From Podarcis vaucheri (taxonomy: Eukaryota), in assembly GCA_965113315.1 (NCBI GenBank), contig OZ220375.1: 64,000 nt of DNA. The stretch is one strand, 5' to 3'. The stretch's first letter is position 1. The number at the start of each line of letters is the position of its first letter. The notes beneath the pieces were generated by a model, which saw only the letters and a list, made by a program, of their open reading frames with translations, had not been told where the DNA came from and did not search any database. A program made the position numbers and the translations under genes. Below, piece by piece: positions 12,777 through 25,608 of the stretch.

Positions 12777-13383
12777 CTGGATTTAGGAGGGAGCAAAAGA
12801 CACAAGGATGATAAGTGCTACCTATTTGCCATCCCATTATAGGTCTACTCTCTGATTTCTACCTCTCTCCTGTCATGGGAGAGCTTTCAGAATAGTTTTA
12901 GTTGGGGAATAAAGGTTGGCTTTTAGTTCCAGCAAAACATTTTCCACCTCTGTACACCATACAAATAATTTCAAAAGTGCTTGCATGCAGAAAATCATTA
13001 TGCTGAAATTGTCCTCCTCTCTGAACTGCTGATGCCCATCTAACCTTGAAAAAGGGGTCATAGTATGAGCTTGTGTGACATATCTATTGTTATCTTCAGC
13101 CCTCCCAGTGTCCCTACACCAAAGCCCCTCAATTAAGTGCCTGCCTTGCACTTAATGAAAAAAAAAATCTTGATCAAAGTATCCAAAATTCTGCACTAAG
13201 ATAAAGACAAGTTCTGCACTATCTGTATGCAAATTAAGCAGATTAGCATCAGTGAGTAAATGTTTGTAATAGATTCAGGTTGTATAATTTTATGAAGTGC
13301 AGAATTTAAAATAGTTATACATAATCTGGGCAGAGAAAAACACAGGATATGAGAGTGAACATAGACAGAATAAATCACTTTAC

Positions 13384-13782
13384 CTTGGGTGTAAGAACAA
13401 TGGCTGATCCTCCGTTGATGCCAATGATGGGAACAGAGGTCTGTGCTGAGATGAAGTCCAGGATCTGGGCCACAGCCTCTGTACGTGTATCATCCTCAAA
13501 AACCACACCGTGGATGTGCAGGGAGGAGAGAACGTCACAGAGCCGCACAATGAGGCTGCGCGGGTTGGTGTCATTCAGAACCACAGGGATGGGGTTGATC
13601 TCCATTGAGAAGTTGCGGAAGTCCTCAGGCGAGAACCGGGCACTCTCTTGCGTGTAGGTGGAGCCACTGAAAATGATGGGGATGTTGATGGTCCGCCGCC
13701 GCAGGTCCAAGAAGGGGCTGGCACAGGCCAGAGCCATAACAAAGAGCATCCTAGCAGCGGGGGTGCCCGGGGGCAGGCTCAT
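13384..13782 (-). CDS. GRIN2D: GluN2D NMDA receptor subunit, first coding exon (signal peptide, start of ATD); exon starts at 13805 with 23 nt of 5'UTR
   Basis: MSLPPGTPAARMLFVMALACASPF...HGVVFEDD...ILDFISAQTSVPI...VLTPK matches the GluN2D N-terminus. Polypyrimidine/ttccag acceptor at 13807-13806; donor AAG|gtaaag. 399 nt, phase 0. Confidence 0.96.
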
Positions 13783-15439
13783 CTCGCAGGGCCTCTACGT
13801 TCCCCCTGGAAGTGGTTGGGAGAGGAAGGAAAGAACAGGCAAAGGGAGGCTTAAAAAGGGAATGAGGTGATGAGCCACTTTGGTGGCAGGGCAGAGGGAG
13901 TAGCATAGAATCAAGCCTCCCTCCCCAGTTGGCCTGAAAACAAACTAAGCTGTTCCTCACCTGTGTGTAAACATGCTCACCTGTGCACAAATACACTCAC
14001 ACTGCTTCTTCCTGCCACCCCATGCACCTTGCTACATGAATTAGCTCAGGGTTAGGAGGAGAAGGAAAGCGAGAAGCCATTGGATTTGTAGAAGGAAACC
14101 ATTCTCTCTCCTGCCTGCATATTTCCCACGTTCTCATCCCCTCAAGATCAGAGCTTGTGGAGCAACTATAGGTGAGCAAATGGCTCACCTCAGGGGGCTG
14201 CATATGGTGTCTGGGTTGCTAGTTGCTAACCCTCTGTGCTGCACTGTTTTGACAGAGCTCCTGTCAACCAGTGGGAAGGCCCATCTGCTGCTTTTTGGAT
14301 GCCAATGGTTTAGGTTTTGGCAGCCAGAGCTCTGCCTGAGCTGCAGGTCATTGGAATTGATCTTTAGAGGAGAGGGCAGAACAGCATCTTTGCACAGGTA
14401 TGCCTTAGAATTATCATGGTATGTGCCACAATACATGCTTCTTTCATTAGCTGTGTGAAGTTGACCAAGAAAGTTACAGGCTAGATTAAAGACACCCCGT
14501 GGTATGAAACCCTTGGAAGCCTCTGAATGGGAAGGCAGATCACCTCAAGAAAAAGTCACAACCCTAAGCAGGAGGTTACCTCTTCCATGGCAACTCCCAT
14601 AAGCACCACCTACATCTTCCCTGCTTGCTATTATGGCCTCCCAACCTAAACAAGGGCTTTGAATAACAGACCATCTTCTACACATTCCTGCCTTTCAATA
14701 CCTCACTTTTCTCCAGCATATTCAACACCTGCCCAATCCAGACACATCCCCTGTGACAACATAAACATATCAGCAATGCCCTTTCCTTCCATTATTACAT
14801 TTACTGAGTTTTGGCAGTGCTGTGAGTTGGGAGGGTCCCACAGGTCATTGGAGAGCAACATTTTAACCCCTGGAAGAGAGATATTGGGGTTTTGAAGAGG
14901 AAGGGTTGAGGCTCTGGTGAGGGTCAAGGAAAACAAGAACGACTTGGCAAAGTCATAGGATGCACATTATCTAAGAAAACCAATGTCTTTAATCTTTTCA
15001 TCCATTAATCAGTCAATGCTCTCCGCCCTCTTCATTCCACATAAGCAGGGGTGATGTTTGACCCAGGGAGAACGCTGTATGATTTGGCCAAAGAAATGAC
15101 TCTTCCCAGCAGCAAGCTTTAAACTGAAAATGTAGAAGAACGGGAAGGGCCATTTTATCCAGGAAAAACATGTCAAGTTCCCCAAACACCAGCCAGTAGA
15201 ACACCAGGATTTCAGCTGTTGGTTTGGCCAGATGTCACTATGCTGAGTCAGATGTCAGGAGCTCATCCTGCCCTCCATTTATCCTCCATGGGCCAATTAT
15301 TAGTCAGAATAGACAAGTGAGTGAAGTGCAGAGGTGGGCACTAAATGAAACCAGTTGCAGATACAGTGGACTTAATGTGTTGGTTTCACCTCACCCAGCA
15401 TCCTTAATGCATTTATTTTTCTCCACTTGCTATAATTCC

Positions 15440-15442
<3 letters not shown>

Positions 15443-15488
<46 letters not shown>

Positions 15489-15491
15489 TCT
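15443..15491. repeat. (CT)n(CA)n microsatellite
   Basis: Read directly. Confidence 0.95.
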
Positions 15492-18400
15492 CTTTCATTT
15501 TGGATACATCAGGTTTGCCCAATAATATGTAGACAGTCCTCCTACATATTAATAAAAACCCATTCAGATTATTATTATTTATATCCTGGCCAGCTCTAGG
15601 GCAGATTCCCAAATTATTTATCAGAGTGAGCCTGACTCCCTACCTGTCATTGGTTCCAGTAGCATCACACAAGGCAACAGGTTCATGTACGGTTGGTATG
15701 TTACCCTCATTCTGCCACTGTACCCTCAGGAGATTATTCCAACACGTGCATGGTCCTGTCCCTCTTTGCCTGTGACTGGCACTATTTCCATTTCATTTCA
15801 TTTCATTTTTATTTGTCTGTCAGGCACGAGCAGCCAAATCCCACTAGCATCGGCAGTACAGATCTGCTCATTGGTTGGTGGCTATACAAATCTATACACT
15901 AGGTTCCCCCCGCACACACACACTACAAAAAATAATAATTAAAAAAATCACAATCACAGCATGCAATAAGAGAGTTCCAAATTACTCAGGGAATCAAACC
16001 AAGTTGCTGGCTGCAGGCAGAGCCTCCTCAGAGCACTTGTCAATCAGCTGGAGGGGAGATGAATTCCTGTATGGCTCTTTAATTAGACTCCTGGTTTGTC
16101 TGTTTTATGGTAGTGTTGTGGGTGTGACCCAGACCCAAAGGCTGCATAAAAAGCATGAGTTGTGATAATGATGAACTGTGTGGCCAGGAGCATCATGTGG
16201 TTCACTTCTTGCTGAAGTGGAATCCTTCCCATTGAAGGGTGTGATTGCATTTTGAATGCTCCCATCCATAATAATCTGTTGGCATGTAAAAAAAATGAGC
16301 ATGTCAAGGAGAACAGCTCTATCCTATTCTTTCCCAGCATGTTTATTATTTATGTTCCAGGGGGTGAGGGAATAATATTTCCGAGGAGGGGCAGTGAGTA
16401 TTCAGATATGCAATTCCCTACTTGCAGGCTGAAGTGGCACAGTCCAGTAAAAGCTGCCATATACAGTTCTGCTGCTTATATAGCTTGGCTTTTTGACCAT
16501 AAGTACGATGCAAAAACTATCGAGCGGGACCTCGGTGATAAATTCTAGTGGGGTGCTCCCCATTCAAACATTCCTTATGGACGGGTGGACAATTCTTGAT
16601 GCCCCAAAGGAATTGAGGTGGAGGTGGGAGGGAGAAGGGAAGGGAAGCAGATAAAGATCTATACTGTCAGCAACCAAAATAAAACCTTCCACTACCTAGT
16701 CTCCCACTATGCCTCTAAAGTGAGCAGTGAAATCCTTTGCACACTGCCCACACTTCCAGGGACTTTGGATCATTATGTGTCACCTTAGCATATTTATGTT
16801 TCCAAGCCCACATTTGCCAAAGCAATATGAATGTGGAGGGCCAGGGGGGGCATCAACATTAAACAATCACAAGGAGTGGGGGTTCTTAAATGTTTCATGC
16901 CTACAGATCCCCCCCCCCGCAACACTCCCAGCTGGTCTTACTTTCAGGCCCAGAACCCAGCTAGGATAAACTAGTGTAAAAATAGCCAGGGGTGCACTTG
17001 ATGGGAAGAAAGCGGGATGCAGGCCAGGTTCAACATCCCCCTCCTTCCCCTCTGATGCTCTATCCCCACATCAGGGCCACCCAAGACATTTTGCTGCCTG
17101 AGGCAAGGGATAAGATGGTGGCCCCTTCTGCAGATAAAATCTAAGTGGACTGGCAGTTGTATCTTTACTTCAACATAGGTGTGGCAGAGCAGCATCTTCC
17201 ACTGCACTGGGGGGTAGCAAGTTAGCTTAGAGCAGTGGCTCTCAAATATTTTCCCCCATGGACCACTTGAAAATTGTTGAGAGCCTTGGTGGACCACTTA
17301 ATGATCTTTCTACCTGTTGTAGCAATTGTAATGTACTGTGCTGGATGCTGTATGGTTACAAAGCAAGCCTTCTAACATGTGGTTCCACCCTCAGAGAACC
17401 ATCTTTTAAAAAACTAATTAAACAATTAACCACTCCATACAAACCCTTATCATAGGACAAGACATTACAAAGAAAGAGTCTTATTTTGCCTATGCTAATT
17501 TTAATTAGGGCTTACACCGCTCATTAGACCACTTTATTTGGTCTTTCAACATCAAAGCTCTCTCAGAATGCTCATTTTGAGATGTCAGAAACCTTTAAGC
17601 TGCTGCTTATTCTGTTCATCTTTTACTCTGGGCAAGGTGACGACATCCCTCCCATCTTACCAACTAACGTAGCTCACCTAAGAGGAGGCTATTGAATTAG
17701 AATCTCTCCCCCAGGACTGGCTCAAGTTTCTTTTCATATTTATTATCATTTAAACAGCATGTTTTAACTTGCTTTAAATCTTTAGTATGTTTTGTCTCAA
17801 AACAATCCCCTGAAGTAAATCATTAGCACGCTTGGCAACCTCAAGAGACCCTTCATAAGTTACAACACCCCCCCCCCATGAAGATAAAACCCGCATAGGG
17901 AAAAATGTGTATTCCAGCATGTGTGAAATGAAGCGCAAGTGTTTAAAATAAAATGATTGCGTCATATTCCAGCTAGAATGAGGTACACACTTTTTTTCTG
18001 CTTGGCAATTCTTTACATTACTTTAATTATGAGTCAAGTATTTGGGATGAGGAAGTGGAACCTTCAAGGTCAGGGAGAGAGAGGAACCTGTCTCTCTTTC
18101 TTCCCTGAAAAAAATGTGCAGATTCTTCACAGTTTAGGAGCTCTCTAAAAAAACAACAACACAGAAAACCTCTTATAGATGGATGTGAAGGTAAAATATG
18201 GTACTTAGGCTGGAGCAAAAACTACTGGAGGCAAGAAAGAGCAACAGCAAGGATGCTTTCTAAACAAACAAAAGGGGGGAAATAATAAGGGTGATTTGTT
18301 GAGAAGCAATGCAGTGCACAGTGGTGTTTTGCTTGTCATACCCATTCTGAGACATAAACTTGCTGCATAGGATAATAAGAGGCAGTAAAGACCTGTTCTC

Positions 18401-18529
18401 TAACATTTGTATTGAGACAATTGGAACAACATGACCAGATACAATTGTAGTTAAGTCCCTGGAGGCTGTATGTTTTGCTCTTTTTTGAAGAGTTGAATGG
18501 TCAAGAAGATTGTCCATAATGTCCACATT

Positions 18530-18640
18530 AAAAGGTGGACTCTAGTCCATGAAAACTTATGCTGTAATAAATCTTTCGGTCTTTTAAGGTGCCATAAAAC
18601 CTTAGCTGTTTTTTGCTGCGACAGACCAACACAGATATCC
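18530..18640 (+). mobile_element. Penelope-like element terminus (second copy at about 3510-3625)
   Basis: AATAAATCT...TTTAAGGTGCCA...TTTTTGCTGC.ACAGAC signature, recognised from reptile Penelope ends. Confidence 0.5.
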
Positions 18641-21392
18641 TTCTGGAAATCATTACTGTACGTTGAAAAGTGGCAGCCAGATCCCCTCCTCACTTTCAAA
18701 AGTTACCTTGTTTCCCAAAGCAGACTGCGACAAGGATGCCAATGGGACACCTCACCAAGTTGCAGTGAGGATCAAAGAGATGGACAGATAACTGCAAAAC
18801 CCTTCACACATACTACGTGCTATGGGGATTATAGTTTATAATAATATGGCCACCACATGCCACATTTAGGAAAATCCTATGCCAAGTATGTTAATTATGT
18901 GCCGCTCTAATATGCAAATTAGATATGGCCCTCTGGCTCATGATATTATTTTGATGCAGTCCGCAGTGTTGAACAAGTTTCTGGCTCCTGGTCTATTGCC
19001 ACCTGGCAAATTCGCTGGTCACAGTAGGGAGAAAAACCAACAGGCTAAAGCCCCACTGAGGACAGCAGCGCCAATAGATATTTCCCTGCAGTAAAATAGG
19101 CAAAATTGCATCAGACTCTTGCCAAATCCAGGCATTTTGCATTCAGAAGGTTAACCAGGGAGGTTTTGTCCAAGCTTATCTGAAAACGGATCTCAATCTG
19201 CTTTGGTGTCCATGCCTAGAATGCTGGATCTGTCAGATATTTTCTTTTATTGAGATTTGTACTAGAATGCTGCCTCTCCTGCCATTTGTGCTCCAAAGCA
19301 ACTGCTTCGTGCTGCTTTGTGGTAAGGCCAGCCCTTGGTATGGTTGATTTCCCCAAGTCCATAATAAGGGACTACAAACCTGAAACAGGAAATGCAAAGT
19401 GAATTACCATTTGATCTCAGACCAGAATCCCCTCTGGCCAGACTATCTCGTCACTGTGACCCAAAGGATAATAGGAAGGCCTGGTGTTCTGCAAGTGAAC
19501 CACCTTTCAGGTGATGGCCTCAGTGGCTGTAGGCTTCTGGCTGTGCAGTTTGGAGAAGCACCGGGAATGGCTCCTGAGACCCATGTGAGCTCTTCCCACT
19601 CAGTGAATATAAAGCCAAGATTGGATTCTACTAGTCCTCCTTCCCCTTAATGATACGATTGCCCCATGGGAAGTTGCCATAATCTATACCCCAAAAATCT
19701 ATAACATATGTCCTCATACTTCCCATGCTACCTGCTGTCCTGATTCCTTCCTGACTAATCTTTCACAAGCAATAGTAAAAGCTGAAAGCCTTGTTATTGC
19801 TTCATTCACTTGGCAGATCAAGGAAGTTGTCAGTTACCCTGGCAGATGATGTTATTCCTCCTGCTCTTGGAGGGGTGTGTGTGTGGAGTCTGGCAGATGA
19901 TGTTATTGTTCCTGCTTTCAAAAAAGGCTCTGTTTTCCTCCCACTCCTGTTTCACTACACCACTGCCTGGACCTCTCCAGCCACCTTAATGCCACTTTCC
20001 CCACCTTGTCCCCTGCCTGCCCTTGCCTGCTTTTGTGGTTGACAGTTCCAGTCTGGATCTCTCATACATTCCAGAGTGCCCACTATTGGTTTATGTTAAC
20101 GTGTGTCACATTGGCTCAAGGCTCCCACCACCACCAACCACCCTGGAGTGTATAGTCAGCTGGTCCTTAGTGGCTGCTGCTATGACTTATCCTCCTAAAT
20201 TGGCCTTCATGCCCAGAAGCATCCTCTGACCTGAGTATCCCAAGCACCACTAGGTAAACCATCAAAGTCCTCCCTCACACTCCTCATTGAGCTGAATAGG
20301 CACCTGCTCCCCAAACCTGGTCATTGCCCCTTTAAAATGGCTACCGGTCATGATGGCTATATGCTGCTTCCAGAATTGGTGGCAGAAGGCCTCTGATTAT
20401 TAGTCACTAGGGAACAGCAGCAGGAGTGCTGTTGGTCTTACTTCCTGCTTGTGGGCTTCTCATAGGCTTCTGCTTGGCCTTTAGGGGAAACAGAATGCTG
20501 GACTTAGATGGGCCTTTGCACTGATTCAGCAGGGTTCCTCTTACTTCCTGTATCACAAGGACTGAGCATCCCATATTTTCCCTGATCAGGGCACTAATCT
20601 TCTCCAAAGCACAGATAATAGACTGATCCTGAATGGAACACACCATGTGGTTCTCTGCTTCATCTATCTGGGATCTGAAGAGGCATTTCTTGGCACCAGT
20701 GGTTGGGTCTCAAGGTCTACACATCCATACATGCCTCATTGTTGTTCACCACCTCATGCTTCTTTTTTGTATCGACTGCATTCCTGGACTTAAACAGGAC
20801 CTGGAAATCAGACTCTGAACATGCCTGATTGCCCTAAACTCAATAGAGATGGGTTTTCCAACTGTGGCTTGTCACCAGCCTACTGGTAGAGGTTGCCCTG
20901 TACAGGTAACCTGCTTGAGGTTAGTTTAGAGGTCTGACTTCCTTGCTACCAGTGCACAGATCTCCATCCCAACATGCTCCTCCCATAGCCCTGTTTGTAA
21001 TCCTGGCAATAGCATGGTGATCATCAATTGGCTCCCTAGGGCGAGCTGATTGAAGGGGGGCATATAGCAGCTGCTGAACTGGGCAGAAATGTGGGGATAA
21101 TTCCTACCAGGTGTTTGCTGAGAAGGGAACATTACACAAATCCCTGGCACAGAGCTTGCTTGTCATCCCCATCTCCTCTGGGCTCTGATCTACCTGAGAA
21201 GCTGTGATACCAGCAGGAGAACCAAATGGTGCCAAGGCAGGAAGTACCAGGATATAGAGCCTGGACAGCAGGTGCTAAATGCCCATGACTGGTGACTGGG
21301 GAGGAAGCTAGAGAGAGGCACACTCTGGATGTAGATGCAAGCATACACAGAGCCCCGCATACTGCAGATTACTGTATAGATACATGGGTGCG

Positions 21393-21405
21393 CTCTCTCT
21401 CTCTC

Positions 21406-21451
<46 letters not shown>
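21393..21451. repeat. (CT)n(CA)n microsatellite
   Basis: Read directly. Confidence 0.95.
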
Positions 21452-21452
<1 letters not shown>

Positions 21453-23728
21453 GGTTCCCTCCATTGCAGCAATGCAAATTTTGCAAGTGTGGCCCCATTC
21501 ATCTCCATCAGCACCCAGTAACATGAACACCACCCTTGCCTGCTCATGCAGACTGACCCATGCATCCAGGGATACCATTATTTGGTTCGGTTTTGCCTTG
21601 ATCATCTCTTTTAAAAATCACACTAGCTGTTCTGAGCATTATTAATGGAAAGGTGAAATGGCAATATTTTGTAGCAAAATAGAAAACCACACTCTCGTCC
21701 CAAGGGAAAGTCACACACACACACCAGCCCATGTGGCCCAGTGGACAAAGAACAGGACTCAGGAGTCCTCAGCCTGTTCCTGCTTAGATCAAAAGTATCT
21801 GGGCAAGTTCCTTTTGTCGTCAATTTTGCTATCTGTCAAATGGATCTACCTCACAGACAGGCTTACAGTTATCCACTTGCCTGGTTGCCTCCAGGTTATT
21901 AACAAGGCAAATGCACACAGGCTGTATGGGCAGAGCTACGTGTGACTTTATTCACCATCATTCTTATCCCGAAGAGTTACTGGCAATATAATGTTAGTGA
22001 GGAAACAATGATAGAACAGTGTTTAACTCATGGAGTGGGCACACTCCCTCCCTCTCCCCCCACCGCCGGATTGGTGCCCTTTCCTCTGTAGTTTGAAGAG
22101 GGGAAAGAGAGCCTCCCATTGACTCCTTGTGCCAGGAATATAGCAAAGTACAGCAATGACTCTGTCTCACTTGACAAGGGGGCATCATTTCTGAAGCTGC
22201 AAATATGAGCTCACAGTGGAAGCTGTGATAGGGCAAGAGAAGCAGCAGCAAAGAGCAGTAGGTGAGGCATGGATAGGAGGGTAGCAGAGAGGGACAGGGA
22301 GCTCCAGTATTGAGAATTATTTGCAGCACTGCTCACAGGGTGTTGGTGGAAACAATAAAAACCATCAGGAACATTAAATGTGCTATACACATGCCAGACA
22401 GTAAATATATATAGGTGAAGCTTTCCAAACATCCACAAACAGCAGTGAAGCTTTTTGCAGGTTCCCATGGAGCAGGCATCCAAGCATTGACACTTGCGTA
22501 TTAATATTGTTCTTCATCAAATTGATATCCTGTTTCAGCATAACCGCTCCAGGCCACTTACAGTCACAAAAATCACATATTACAAAGTTATACAACTCCC
22601 AATAAAACAGTAAATAATTACCATAAAGACCAAAATAGAAACCAGCGCCTTAAAACAAGCAGAAATGAAGCAGGTCAGATAGTGCTTAATTCCCAGTTTG
22701 GAAATGCACAGCTAAAGAAGAACACTTTATGCCTACTTGTCAGGGAACCCTTCTTCCATTTATGCTGAGCTCCCTAACACATCACAGCTCACCAGATGAC
22801 AAACCCAATTATAACCACCCCTCAGACTAACACACATACACAGACACAGTGCATTTTTACACCACGCATGACAGCCAAACACTTTTCTGAGGCGGTATAG
22901 GTGCAAACGCACAACAGTGCCGCTATGCAGTAACATCTCTCTTCATATATCCAAACGACAATCGTAAGATCACTTCATATGGACAATTTATCTCTCTTTT
23001 CAGCTGCCCCTTTTTTACATACTTCATTGCAGGGGTTTAAAATGTGGCGAAGTGAGAAGTTTTCCCTCCGCTGCTGCAGTAGATCATATGTGGAATGTCC
23101 AGGCCAATCTGCGTTACTAGTTGCAGGAGAGAGCCAAGCAACCATCATGATTCTGAGGTTGCTTCCATGCCAGGGCCCTAAGCTTAGCACAGCTGAAAAG
23201 CCCTGCTTTTCCGCAATTGGATAGAAACAGATTTTAAACAGCTTCCACAGAAGCTCCATTCAATCACATTATTTTTAAATGCTTAAAATATACTAATCAC
23301 CAATTAAAAATAAAGCAGGTTCTCCCCACACAGCCTTACTATCTGAAACAAGCAAACTCAGGGACAAGTTATTAAAGTCGCATAATTGTTCTTATAATTG
23401 CCAGCTTGAATGGAAACTGTTCAGAGAGAGAATGAACCAAATGCCAGCTGGCCCCACAGGCTAACCGATGATGTGGGTCTCTCTGCCCCATGGACCCTCT
23501 CAACAGCAATGTTGCTGCCACTTAACAGGCCAGGATGGGCATGGGGTGGCAAGGTTAGGTCTGTGCACCAGATTGGCACCACCAGTGGGCCTGCACAGCC
23601 CCAACCTTGCCACCCCCATCCTGGTAATGCCACTCTTGGGAGGGCAGCAGCACTGCACTGGCCACTCTCTTCCTCTGCTGCAGCCGGGTGGAATGGCAGC
23701 TCAAAGCTCAGGACAGGGTAGCACTGTA

Positions 23729-23954
23729 CAGTGGTACCTCTGGTTACGTACTTAATTCGTTCTGGAGGTCCGTTCTTAACCTGAAACTGTTCTTAACCTG
23801 AAGCACCACTTTAGCTAATGGGGCCTTCCTCTGCTGCCGCGCCGCCACCGCGCAATTTCTGTTCTCATCCTGAAGCAAAGTTCTTAACCCGAGGTACTAT
23901 TTCTGCGTTAGCGGAGTCTGTAACCTGAAGCATATGTAACCCAAGGTACCTCTG
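23729..23954 (+). mobile_element. Tc1/mariner (Tigger-like) MITE, copy A
   Basis: TIRs CAGTGGTACCT.../...AGGTACCTCTG with TA target duplications; internal TAACCTGAAGC repeats. Confidence 0.9.
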
Positions 23955-24612
23955 TATTATGCAGGAATGCACTTCCCCATGGTTAAGATCATCTCATCAT
24001 GTTTGCTCACAAGTAGGTACTATTCAGTAAGATATCATTGGACTCCCAGCTCCCACCAGCCCCAGCCGGCAAAGCCAGTGGTCAGGGATGATGGGAGTTG
24101 TACTCCAGCAGCATCTCGGGGGGGGGGACAGGGGAGGACGGCACAGGCTCTACATCCCTTCAGCAGAGGATACCGGCAACATTAATTAAAAGTTTCCTCC
24201 TTGTACATTCAGCCTGCTTTATTTTTTCCCCCTGATGAGGGTTGATGGGGGAGTAGTGATGAATAGCCTCTTAATTGTCCCTTGAATATCCTCTCTGATT
24301 TGCTTCAGTGTCAGAGTCTGTTCTGATGGGGGAGACCTTAATTATTGATTTCCTTTCATTATTCCCCCCACTTCATTTTTATAGTGAAATAACTATATAT
24401 AAAGCCTCCCCCCACCCCACCCCAGAACAGAAATTAGCACTGGAGCAAATCCAAGAGACTATCCAAGTGGCAATTACGATGCATGGGAGCAGATTAAAGG
24501 TGCATTAAAGGCTATTCACCTCTAATCTGCTCCCATGCACATCAGGAAGCAATAAAACAGGATGAACCTGTAAATAGGAATCCTTTAATTTTAGACAAAT
24601 AGGGACTTAAAA

Positions 24613-24744
24613 CAGGGGCAGGGGACGAGTGGCCCTCCAGATGTTGCTGGACTACAGCTCCTGTCAGCCACAGCCAGCATGGCCAGGGATGATGGGAGGT
24701 GTAGTCCTGCAACATCTGGAAGGCCATTGGTTCCCCATCCCTTG
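24613..24744. mobile_element. Short palindromic hAT-like MITE (related copies at about 24040, 52232, 58020)
   Basis: GGACTACAGCTCC...GGGAGGTGTAGTCC arms; flanks ACTTAAAA/ACTGAAAA (7/8 TSD). Confidence 0.7.
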
Positions 24745-25374
24745 ACTGAAAAGCAGTTGCAGTTGGTGTGGTGGGGAAGAGCCATGGTGACACTGTGCCT
24801 CTGGCAAAGTTGGGGCAAAGAGAAGGTCTGGGTTGCACAGATGCACCAGCAGGAGCACAAGTCCGGTTCTGCCAGTGCATCTGTGCAGCCCATGTCTTGC
24901 CCATGCTAAGCCCCCCCCCCCCGTCCCAGCTCCCTCAAGGTAAGCTGCGGTGCTGCCGGTGGCAGGAGGGCTCCACTGCTGCTTAAGTCTCAGTACTGCT
25001 TTGCCTGACAAACTAGATCAGCGACGGCTGCTACAATTAAGTTTTATTACCAAAAATAATGATGATGATCACAGATCAGGTCTGAAGAAACATGGGAAGA
25101 AAACACCGGGATGCAACAGAAAGACAAAGATGTCTGGATGCTCAGTGAAAAGTGAATGATCCAAAGATGGCAGTTCCAGATAAAAGGGCTGCTGTGTAAG
25201 CAATCTGAGTTAATTAATTTGGAACACAAAGCTATGATCTTGCGATCACCGGGTGCAAACACTCTGCCCCCTACCCTCTAGCTGGCACCACACACTATGT
25301 TCCAAAGCCACTGAGCTGTAGCTTCTTCCCATGCATACACATTACTACTACTACAACTACTACTGCTACTACTA

Positions 25375-25608
25375 CAGTGGTACCTCGGGTTACATATGCT
25401 TCAGGTTACATACGCTTCAGGTTACAGACTCTGCTAACCCAGAAATAGTGCTTCAGGTTAAGAACTTTGTTTCAGGATGAGAACAGAAAGCATGCTCTGG
25501 CGGCACGGCAGCAGCGGGAGGCCCCATTAGCTAAAGTGGTGCTTCAGGTTAAGAACAGTTTCAGGTTAAGAATGGAATGAATTAAGTACTTAACCCGAGG
25601 TACCACTG
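25375..25608 (-). mobile_element. Same MITE family, copy B (inverted relative to A)
   Basis: TA-CAGTGGTACCTCGGGTTA...TAACCCGAGGTACCACTG-TA; sits in the (TAC)n tail of an L2-like 3' end. Confidence 0.9.

Noticed and set aside
19839-19917. 27-bp direct repeat (CTGGCAGATGATGTTATT...)
   Set aside because: Simple local two-copy duplication with no further structure.
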